Source: Pirellulales bacterium (lineage in GTDB: Bacteria > Planctomycetota > Planctomycetia > Pirellulales > JAICIG01). From it: 44,110 nt of DNA. Where the stretch lies: contig JBBDYJ010000010.1 of the NCBI GenBank assembly GCA_040901675.1, positions 1 to 44,110 on the forward strand, in the 5' to 3' direction. A model generated the notes under the pieces. The model made no database searches, was not told where the DNA came from, and saw nothing but the letters and a program-made list of their open reading frames with translations. Position numbers and translations under genes: made by a program. Of the stretch, positions 36,884 through 44,110 are shown in pieces. The first letter of the stretch is position 1; every line of letters starts with the position of its first letter.

Positions 36884-38680
36884 ATGATCAGCACACGTTC
36901 TAGCTTGCCGTCTCGCCTTGTCGGGGCCCCCGGCCACCGTATCGCCCCATCCCCCCTTCCCCCGCTCCCCCCTTCCCCCTCTCGCCCCATCCCCCCTTCC
37001 TCGCAGCGCGGCTTCACGCTGGTCGAAGTGCTGATCGCCACGGCGATTACGCTGATCCTAATGGCAGCCGTCGTCACGGTGTTCGCCACCGTCGGCGAGA
37101 GCGTGGCCGCCACGCGGGCCATGATCCAGGTCAATGACCAGGTCCGGGCCGCCGAACGCGCGCTGCGCAGCGACCTGGCCGGCGCCACCGCCAGCATGCT
37201 GCCCCCGCTCGATCCCGAATCAGGACAAGGATACTTCGAGTACGTCGAAGGACCGGTGGTCGAACGGTTTGTTCGGCCCAGCGGGCTATCGGCTACGTTC
37301 CCGCTTATTTCTGCCGAGACAGAGGCGTTTAACAGCCAAGAGGACAAGGACAACGACGGCATCCCGGACCTGTTCCCGGACTATACGGCCGGCGACTTTG
37401 ACGACGTGCTGATGTTCACCACCCGCAACCGGACCGACTTTTTCGTGGGCCGCTTCAACGGCGGCCCCGTCCAGTCGCAGGTGGCCGAAGTGGCCTGGTT
37501 CATGCGCGGCAACAAGCTCTACCGCCGGGTGCTGCTGGTCAAGCCGGGCACGTCGTTCATTCAGTCCACATTGGCCCAGGCCGGCTTCTACGCCAACTAC
37601 GATCTTTCCGCCCGGCAGGAAGGGGCCGACGCCAACGCGCCCAATCTCGACCGCAGCCCCGCCCCCGGCCCGGTGCGGATCGTGGCCAATTCGCTGGGCG
37701 ACCTGACCAAGCGCGAGAACCGCTACGGCCATCAGCCCTACGTCTACCCGCACGACATCCGCTTCTGGGGCGTGCTGCGGCTGCCCACGCTCCGCGAGAC
37801 GAGCGCCATGAATACCGGCAGCACGCCCACCGGCCTCTGGCCTTTCCCGCAAATCGATTCGACCGGTACGGCCTGGGGCGCCGGCACGCTCCCTGGCGGG
37901 GCCACCACGCAGCAGTCGAACATCTACGCGGATGCCAAGAGCCTGTTGATCGTGCCGGGGGGCGTTACGGTGAACAGTCCGGCGGCGGGCCAGGAATTCC
38001 GCGTGCAATTGACGCCGCCGCCGGCCAATAGGGCCTTCGACCTCTGGGCCGACCCATATCCCTGGATCACCGAGCTGGACGCGACCGGCACGCTGTTGCC
38101 TTACGGCGACACGCTCAGCACGCGGTTCGCGGAAGACGTGATCCTGAACAACGTGCTCTCGTTCGACGTGAAGGCCTGGGACCCGACGGCGCCGGTGATC
38201 AGCGACGGCACGAACATCTACAAACCGGGCGACTCGGAGTACTTGCGGGTGGCGATGGACACCGCGTCACCCCCGACCGTCGAGAGTCTGGGGGGCTACG
38301 TCGACCTCAACTACATGAACGACGCCAGCATTTCCCCGCCGTTCTCGGGGCCGGGGAACAACCCGCTGCTGCCGATGGTCTACGACACGTGGTCGACGCA
38401 CTACGAGCGCGATGGGTTTGATCAGGATCTGGACGGGATTGCCGATGAAGGGACGGATGGATTGGACAACCACTTTGATCCGTCCGATCCGACGACCCGC
38501 CGGCACACAAACGATCCTTCGCACCCGCAGGTCGGCGGGGCCGACGACGCCAGCGAGCTGGAGGCTCCCGCGCCGTACCGGGCGCCGCTACGGGGAATCC
38601 AGGTCAAGATCCGGGTGTTCGAGCCCGACAGCCGCCAGGTCCGCGAGCTCTCGATCGTCCACCGCTTCCTGCCGGAATGA
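36884..38680 (+). CDS. prepilin 6 (PilW/GspJ-like)
   Basis: QRG^FTLVEVLIA (F at 37013), LRSDL, DVLMFTTR, EVAWF, LYRR, LRGIQVKIR; leader has an octamer x7 array (36944-36999). Confidence 0.9.
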   Translation: MISTRSSLPSRLVGAPGHRIAPSPLPPLPPSPSRPIPPSSQRGFTLVEVLIATAITLILMAAVVTVFATVGESVAATRAMIQVNDQVRAAERALRSDLAGATASMLPPLDPESGQGYFEYVEGPVVERFVRPSGLSATFPLISAETEAFNSQEDKDNDGIPDLFPDYTAGDFDDVLMFTTRNRTDFFVGRFNGGPVQSQVAEVAWFMRGNKLYRRVLLVKPGTSFIQSTLAQAGFYANYDLSARQEGADANAPNLDRSPAPGPVRIVANSLGDLTKRENRYGHQPYVYPHDIRFWGVLRLPTLRETSAMNTGSTPTGLWPFPQIDSTGTAWGAGTLPGGATTQQSNIYADAKSLLIVPGGVTVNSPAAGQEFRVQLTPPPANRAFDLWADPYPWITELDATGTLLPYGDTLSTRFAEDVILNNVLSFDVKAWDPTAPVISDGTNIYKPGDSEYLRVAMDTASPPTVESLGGYVDLNYMNDASISPPFSGPGNNPLLPMVYDTWSTHYERDGFDQDLDGIADEGTDGLDNHFDPSDPTTRRHTNDPSHPQVGGADDASELEAPAPYRAPLRGIQVKIRVFEPDSRQVRELSIVHRFLPE

Positions 38681-38687
38681 GGACGGT

Positions 38688-38919
38688 ACGCTACGCTACG
38701 GAGACTCACCACGGAGGCACGGAGGACACGGAGACGTGATCGGGTTACGGACGCTACGCTACGGAGACTCACCACGGAGGCACGGAGGACACGGAGACGC
38801 GATAGGGTTACGGACGCTACGACGGACGGACGAAGAGGAAACCACGAAGAACACGACGGACACAAAGAAGATCAACTACGGGGGACACGGAGACGCGATA
38901 GGGTTACGGACGCTACGAC
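38688..38919. repeat. 63-bp tandem duplication with internal CACGGAG 9-mers, plus a partial third copy
   Basis: 38688-38750 and 38751-38813 differ at 2 nt; partial copy at about 38883-38919. Confidence 0.9.
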
Positions 38920-38939
38920 CGACGGCGGGTGGCCGGGGG

Positions 38940-39035
38940 CAGCCCGGATGGGGCGAAATTCAATAGCCGCTCTTGCGTAAGCCCCCGGAAACGCGCCACC
39001 GACACCGTCGTAAAGCCCCCGAAGGGGGCGACAGT
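38940..39035. repeat. REP-like palindromic element
   Basis: AGCCCGGATGGGGCGA ... AGCCCCCGAAGGGGGCGA hairpins between convergent genes. Confidence 0.55.
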
Positions 39036-39167
39036 CATTGTGGCGCGAAGTTCGGCCCCGAAAAACGGTGGTGTCCAAGTGTTCGGCGCGTCGCGCCGAG
39101 GTTGCCACCACGTGCGTGACGCATAGCGCGATCGGCGCTCACCGCGCCGCCGGAGGCAACCGGGGGC

Positions 39168-40826
39168 TTACGCGAAAGCGAAGCTGTAGAGCCGGCCAGC
39201 GGCGAGCTGGAAGCGGACTTGGACCGTTTTTCCGGCCAGCCCGCTTGGCCGGTTCCCATCCCGCCAACGCACCGCCAGCCTGACCTCGTCGCCGCCGGCG
39301 GCCGTGCAGTCTTCGGCGGAAAACCCCTCATACGGCCGGCCCGCGGCGTCCTCCAGCGAAACTTGGAGCGCTCCTTGCGGCGCATCCACGTTGACTACCA
39401 GGTCCTGGCCATTGGCGATCAGCGGCCGCGTGACCAATCGCCCGCCCGCCGGCCCGGCCTCCAGGCTCGCATAGCCGTCGAGCCGCAAAGTAGCGCGGGC
39501 CGTGCGGCCCCGGCGGATGAACCCCGGCTCGAACAGCGAGCCGTCGCGATTGAACACCAGGTGGTCTCCGTCCCAGGCCGAATAGTAGAACCACAACTCG
39601 TCGCCCACCCTGACAGGGCAGCTCGAAAAGACCAGGCGGTCAAAGCCGTGCTCGTCCGGATGATGGGGCAGCCAAACTTGTTTGCCCGCCAGGGGCTGCC
39701 AGGTCTGGCCCGCGTCGCGGCTGGTGACCAAGCGCAGCTCGGTCGTCCCTTTGCGCCAGATGTCGGGGATGGTGGGCATCATGAACTGCTCGCTGCTGCG
39801 GTCCGAATGAAACACGACCAACTGTCCCAGCCAGAGGCCGCTTTGGGGGCCGCCGACGCGATAAGCGGTCATGTCCATGTATTCGACCCAGTCGGTGGCG
39901 GTGCGCGACTCGTCGTCCGCCACGCCGAGCACCAGTTCCGGTCCCTGCCAGTCGACCAGGTCGGGCGAAGTGAACCGCGCGATGTCGCGGCCCCTGCGCG
40001 TCCTCCAGTTGGCGATCGTATCCTGTCCCACCACGAACCAGAGCCGCTGGCGGTGGTCGTAGCCGGAGAGCGCCTTGAAGCCGCGCGGCGACAGGTTGGC
40101 GCCCGGCAGGAGAGTCAGCCGCTGGCGCCAGTCGGGGTCGCCGGCGAAGTCCGGCCAATCGGCCGCGTAGTACATTTGCGACTCGACGGCGGCGGCAAAG
40201 GGGTGCGTGTCTTCGCGGCGCACGACGCGCAGCAGAAACCGCCTGTCAGGTTGGGCCAGATTGCCGTGGGCCGCCAGGTCGTAAATAAAATCGAATGGGC
40301 AGCCGAGATTGTTCTGTTTCGAGAGTCCGGCCGGGATCTCGAAGGGGAAGTCCTCGACCGGTCTGAAACGGGCGGGGCCATCGAGCAGTTCCAGCGTCGG
40401 GCGGTGCCAGTGGACGCCGTCGTCGCTGGTGGCGTAGGCCGTCGATTCGCGGAACCAGTGCGCCTTGTCGTCGCCGATGCCGGGGTGCAAGTCGCGCACG
40501 GAGGGGTCCGACCAGATGTAGCGGTAGGTCATGTGGAAGCGTCCGGCCTTGTCGCGGCAAACGATGTTGCCGTGATAGACGTCGCCCCTGTCCCAATCTT
40601 TGCCGTCGGCCGTTTTGATCAGGCCCTGCTTGGCCGGCGAGTGCAGCCGGCGCGTGAGTCCCTCGCTATGCTCGATGATCCAGTCGTCGAGAAACAACAG
40701 CGTCTCCGACCCCACATCGAGGGGCTCGGAGGGATCCGCCGCGCGGGCTGGCGCCGGGGCGAGGGTAAAACCGGCCGCGGCCCCGCAGACCGCCGCCGAG
40801 CGGCCCAGGAACGTCCGCCGGTGCAT
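39168..40826 (-). CDS. Tat-exported beta-propeller glycoside hydrolase-like protein (GH32/43/130 clan-like)
   Basis: HRRTFL Tat motif; LFLDD; YATSDDGVHW, TSPDLVDW and TSRDAGQTW boxes; LRLDGYASL. Confidence 0.8.
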   Translation of the reverse strand: MHRRTFLGRSAAVCGAAAGFTLAPAPARAADPSEPLDVGSETLLFLDDWIIEHSEGLTRRLHSPAKQGLIKTADGKDWDRGDVYHGNIVCRDKAGRFHMTYRYIWSDPSVRDLHPGIGDDKAHWFRESTAYATSDDGVHWHRPTLELLDGPARFRPVEDFPFEIPAGLSKQNNLGCPFDFIYDLAAHGNLAQPDRRFLLRVVRREDTHPFAAAVESQMYYAADWPDFAGDPDWRQRLTLLPGANLSPRGFKALSGYDHRQRLWFVVGQDTIANWRTRRGRDIARFTSPDLVDWQGPELVLGVADDESRTATDWVEYMDMTAYRVGGPQSGLWLGQLVVFHSDRSSEQFMMPTIPDIWRKGTTELRLVTSRDAGQTWQPLAGKQVWLPHHPDEHGFDRLVFSSCPVRVGDELWFYYSAWDGDHLVFNRDGSLFEPGFIRRGRTARATLRLDGYASLEAGPAGGRLVTRPLIANGQDLVVNVDAPQGALQVSLEDAAGRPYEGFSAEDCTAAGGDEVRLAVRWRDGNRPSGLAGKTVQVRFQLAAGRLYSFAFA

Positions 40827-40917
40827 AGATTCGAACAGATTGATGTGCTGAATTGGAAGTAACCTCCGACCGACCGAACTTCACAACTGGATTCGTTACG
40901 AACTGATATTTTGCGAA

Positions 40918-41023
40918 CTACAATTCGATTACCGCGGCGACGATCTTATAGCAAAGTTCGGGCTTCGACCCATCGCGAGGAGCCCAGGGTTTCGCCAAAC
41001 TGACGGTCAGAATACTCTGGCTG
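40918..41023 (-). pseudogene. C-terminal remnant of a dual OB-fold protein
   Basis: ILTVSLAKPW...CYKIVAAVIEL* matches my recollection of the LTVSLGEP...CYKLIAAII end of proteins that follow DUF488 pairs; no start codon. Confidence 0.6.
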
Positions 41024-41494
41024 CTACAGGTGTTGGATGTCCAAATTTCCCCAATGCGACTTGAGGTACTCGGCAACCAGGCGGCGATGGCAGTGATCCG
41101 GCGTCGGTTCGCTGCAAAGCAGGCAAGCGTGGTCGAGCTCATCTGGACTCAGCCGCCTGTCGGGCTGACGCGACTCCATGAGCTGGCGGAAACACCGCTC
41201 GTATTCGTCCCAGTCAATCCGCTTCTTCTTGTAGCCATCGAGAATGTCCTTCGTGGGTGCCAATTGCGGCTCATGGACGTAGTCGATGTCCGCGATCGCA
41301 CGCAGGAAATACTCAAGATCGCGTTTCTTTGTGAAGCCGGCGAGTTGCGACACGTTGTTCAGCCGTGTATCCACGAGACGACGGACGCCGGCACGGCCGA
41401 GTTTCTCAAAGAACTCCTTCGCGGACTTTCCCGTGAACCCGATAGTAAACAATGTGATGGTCTTCTTTCCTTCGATCGCTGCTGTTTCGTTCAC
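41024..41494 (-). CDS. DUF488 family protein
   Basis: LFTIGFT.KSA..FF, DTRLNNVSQLAGF, CLLCSE...CHRRLVAE. Confidence 0.9.
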   Translation of the reverse strand: MNETAAIEGKKTITLFTIGFTGKSAKEFFEKLGRAGVRRLVDTRLNNVSQLAGFTKKRDLEYFLRAIADIDYVHEPQLAPTKDILDGYKKKRIDWDEYERCFRQLMESRQPDRRLSPDELDHACLLCSEPTPDHCHRRLVAEYLKSHWGNLDIQHL

Positions 41495-42102
41495 TGAGGC
41501 ACTCCCTCCTCGTTGATCCGGTAGGCGATCTGGTGGGCGCGCTTATCGTATGCTTGCTCGATAAGTTGTTCTTGGTCCAGGTCCGGCTCGAACAGCGTGG
41601 CAAAAACCTCCATCTCACGAACGAGCCGCTTCTCAGTTTGGGCGTGATCTTCCGTGGCGCCGTCCGCCAGAATGTGCATGATGTGGAACTCGTCTCGCAA
41701 TGCCCGGCAAATCAGGATTGTCCGATGGCAATCGAGCGGCTCTTTCTCGGCGCACATGAGGGCAACTCGGTGCTGCGTAGCGCCGAGGCGCAGCCGGGCG
41801 AGGCCTTCCTGGAATTTTGGCAAGGCGGCTATCCGCCGATAAACCGCCCGGTGGCCGTCGTAACACTCGGTTTCAACCCGCCGCGCCCCCAGTTCCTCGC
41901 CAAGAAAGACGTACCGGATGCCGGCAGCTTGCAGTGCGGGAGCGAGTTGCTCCCGGTTGAATTGTTCGCTTCGACGGCTGTAAGGATTCGAACGCACGTC
42001 AGCCACGGCGTTGACGTCGTGACGCTTTAGAAACCCAACGAACGCGTCGAACGAATGGGTCGTGTGGCCAATCGTCAGTATTGTTGGTCGAGTAGAATTC
42101 AT
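41491..42102 (-). CDS. DUF488 family protein
   Basis: TIGH, DVRSNPYSR, LGEELGAR, LMCAEKEPLDCHR. Confidence 0.9.
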   Translation of the reverse strand: MNSTRPTILTIGHTTHSFDAFVGFLKRHDVNAVADVRSNPYSRRSEQFNREQLAPALQAAGIRYVFLGEELGARRVETECYDGHRAVYRRIAALPKFQEGLARLRLGATQHRVALMCAEKEPLDCHRTILICRALRDEFHIMHILADGATEDHAQTEKRLVREMEVFATLFEPDLDQEQLIEQAYDKRAHQIAYRINEEGVPQ

Positions 42103-42159
42103 ACAGTTCCTGGGTTTCTTCTCCGGTAACGCAATCGGCCGAATAGCGACGCCGCCCGA

Positions 42160-43104
42160 TCAAACGAAGAGCTTGCTGACCGACTCGTTGCGGTGGATGC
42201 GCTTGATCGCCTCGCCGAGAATGGGCGCCACCGAGAGCACCTTGATCTTGGGCAACAGCTTCTCCGGGCCAAGCGGGATCGTGTCGGTGATCACCACGCT
42301 CTGGATCGGCGCCTGCTGAAGATTCTCGATGGCCCGGCCGCACAGCACGCCGTGCGTGGCCGCCACGTGGATCTCGCGGGCCCCGGCCTCGTGCACCTTC
42401 TGGGCGGCGCCGCAGATGGAGCCGGCGGTGGTGATCATGTCGTCGAACATCAAGGCCACCTTGCCCTCGACCGGGGCGCCGATGATGTACTCCTGGCGGG
42501 TCTTCTCGGCGCTCGTGCGGCGCTTGTCGACGATCGCCAGCCGCCCGCCCATCCGCTTGGCGTGCCCCAGGGCCCGCTTGGTGCTCCCCTCGTCGGGGCT
42601 GACCACCACCACGTCGTCCTCGTCCAGCTTCATGTCGAGAAAGTGCTCGTTCAAAACCGGCGCCGCGTACAAGTGATCCACGGGCACGTCGAAAAAACCC
42701 TGGATCTGGGCGGCGTGCAGGTCCATCGTCAACACCCGGTCGGCGCCGGCGCGGGTGATGATGTTGGCCACCAGCTTGGCGGTGATCGGCACGCGCCCCT
42801 CGTCCTTGCGGTCCTGCCGGGCGTAGCCGTAGTACGGCATCACCGCGGTCACCCGCTCGGCGCTGGCCCGCTTGCAGCTCTCGATCATGATCAAGAGCTC
42901 CATCAGGTTCTCGTTGACCGGCGGGCAGGTGGGCTGCACCAGGAACACGTCGCGGCCGCGGACGTCTTCGTCGATCTTGCAGGAGATCTCGCCGTCGGGA
43001 AAATTGCCGATCGAGATGGCTCCCACCGGCAGCCCCAAGTAGGCGCAGATGTGGGAGGTGAGCTCCCGGTTGGCCCGGCCGCTGAATATCTTCAAATCGT
43101 TCAT
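42160..43104 (-). CDS. prs: ribose-phosphate pyrophosphokinase
   Basis: FPDGE, PYYGYARQDRK, DLHAAQIQGFF, DDMITTAGS. Confidence 0.98.
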   Translation of the reverse strand: MNDLKIFSGRANRELTSHICAYLGLPVGAISIGNFPDGEISCKIDEDVRGRDVFLVQPTCPPVNENLMELLIMIESCKRASAERVTAVMPYYGYARQDRKDEGRVPITAKLVANIITRAGADRVLTMDLHAAQIQGFFDVPVDHLYAAPVLNEHFLDMKLDEDDVVVVSPDEGSTKRALGHAKRMGGRLAIVDKRRTSAEKTRQEYIIGAPVEGKVALMFDDMITTAGSICGAAQKVHEAGAREIHVAATHGVLCGRAIENLQQAPIQSVVITDTIPLGPEKLLPKIKVLSVAPILGEAIKRIHRNESVSKLFV

Positions 43105-43850
43105 GCGCTTTCCCCCTGGGCGGTCAGGGCCGCCTCGACCACGGCCAGCTCCGCCGGAGTGTTGATGCTCAAGGCCTCGACCGGCTTGAGCAGCGGCAAG
43201 GCCTCGACGGGGCGGCCCGCCCTGCGCAGCACGCCCGGGCAGTCGGTCAGATAATACTCCGCTTGCGAATTGGCGGGGCGGATGCGATCCAGGGCGTACA
43301 GCAGGTCCGGCCCGGCGAACGCGTAACAGCTCAGGTTCACTTCGCGGATCCGCCGCTGGTCGGGGGTGGCGTCTTTCTCTTCCACGATGTCCTGGAAGTT
43401 TCCCTCGCGATCGCGGACAATGCGGCCCAGGCCGGCCGGATCGTCGCGGCGGGCGGTGCCCAGCAGGCAGGCGGGCCGCCGCCGGTCGAACTCGTCGAGC
43501 AAACGCAGCAGCGAATCGGCCTGGATCATGGGCGAATCGCCGGTGACGATCAACACCGGGCCCTCGTGCCCGGCCAGCTCCGGGCGGCAGACCATCACCG
43601 CGTGCCCGGTGCCGAGCTGCTCGGCCTGCTCGACGAAGCGGACGCCGGGCCGGCCGCCTACCGCGGCCCGCACGTCGGCGGAACGGTAGCCGACGACCAG
43701 CAGGACCTCGTCGATGCAGGTGGCCGCCAGCGTGTCGAGCACGTAGTCGATCATCGGCCGGCCGGCCAGCGGAATCAGCACCTTGGGCAGGTCCGATTTC
43801 ATTCGGGTGCCCTTTCCCGCCGCCAGGACGACGGCAACTCGTTTATTCAT
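43101..43850 (-). CDS. glmU: GlmU-type uridyltransferase, N-terminal domain only
   Basis: LAAGKGTRMKSDLPKVL, EQLGTGHAV, IVEEKDA, EYYLTD; no hexapeptide domain; overlaps the prs start. Confidence 0.88.
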   Translation of the reverse strand: MNKRVAVVLAAGKGTRMKSDLPKVLIPLAGRPMIDYVLDTLAATCIDEVLLVVGYRSADVRAAVGGRPGVRFVEQAEQLGTGHAVMVCRPELAGHEGPVLIVTGDSPMIQADSLLRLLDEFDRRRPACLLGTARRDDPAGLGRIVRDREGNFQDIVEEKDATPDQRRIREVNLSCYAFAGPDLLYALDRIRPANSQAEYYLTDCPGVLRRAGRPVEALPLLKPVEALSINTPAELAVVEAALTAQGESA

Positions 43851-43891
43851 TCGCCAGCCAAGGCAGGAAGAGAAAGGATCAAGCCCGGATG

Positions 43892-43938
43892 CCCCGTAGA
43901 ACGGAATTCATTCCGTTTCCCCCGTAGAACGGAATTCA
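43892..43938. repeat. 19-bp direct repeat CCCCGTAGAACGGAATTCA x2 with an internal hairpin
   Basis: Copies at 43892-43910 and 43920-43938; AACGGAA-TTCA-TTCCGTT hairpin. Confidence 0.85.
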
Positions 43939-44110
43939 CCGCGTTACTCAAGGATACGAGACGGGGCGGCCGCTGTCGAGTTTGCGGCCACCCGGGGGAG
44001 CGAAGGGGGGATCGGGGACAAGGCGACAAGGAGAACGGGGGAACGAAGAGGGACGGACGAAGACTGGGGCACGCTTATCGCTTTGCCCCAGGCACCCGGG
44101 GGGAAGGGGG

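Noticed and set aside
29249..36918. 13-mer TGCCGTCTCGCCT shared by two leaders (29249 and 36906), each after a CTTGGTA array
   Set aside because: With only two short GC-rich copies, chance cannot be excluded without a genome-wide count.
38688..38919. Possible CRISPR array
   Set aside because: The units are directly tandem with no unique spacers, and there are no cas genes.
39219..43254. Plus-strand ORFs 39219-40862 and 42193-43254
   Set aside because: They are shadows of the Tat protein and prs.

Overview
This is a GC-rich window, most likely from a planctomycete (Pirellulales-like), judged from the gene families present and a GlmU that has only its N-terminal domain. The left part (1-17.4 kb) is an accessory patchwork. 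It holds secreted hydrolase and propeller proteins, several pseudogenes, a ParDE-type toxin-antitoxin pair, tRNA-Leu(GAG), and tRNA-Pro(GGG) with an integrase-less 1.84-kb mini-island at its 3' end. The centre (18.9-38.7 kb) is a co-oriented type IV filament locus: PilB, PilT, a second PilB, PilC, and six class III signal peptide proteins, including a 2009-aa PilX/GspK-like giant. Its most unusual property is that most gene junctions carry short arrays of different 7-mer or 8-mer repeats, several with a recurrent TCCGCC-N3-GGCGGA hairpin. In four prepilins these arrays lie in frame inside the cleavable leader peptide, always in a stop-free orientation, which makes them candidate per-pilin frameshift switches. 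The pilins also share two acidic, putatively Ca-binding peptide modules and show mosaic codon usage. The right part has a Tat-exported propeller protein, a DUF488-DUF488-(truncated dual-OB) cassette, prs and glmU. All product calls come from motif recognition by eye; no database searches were run.
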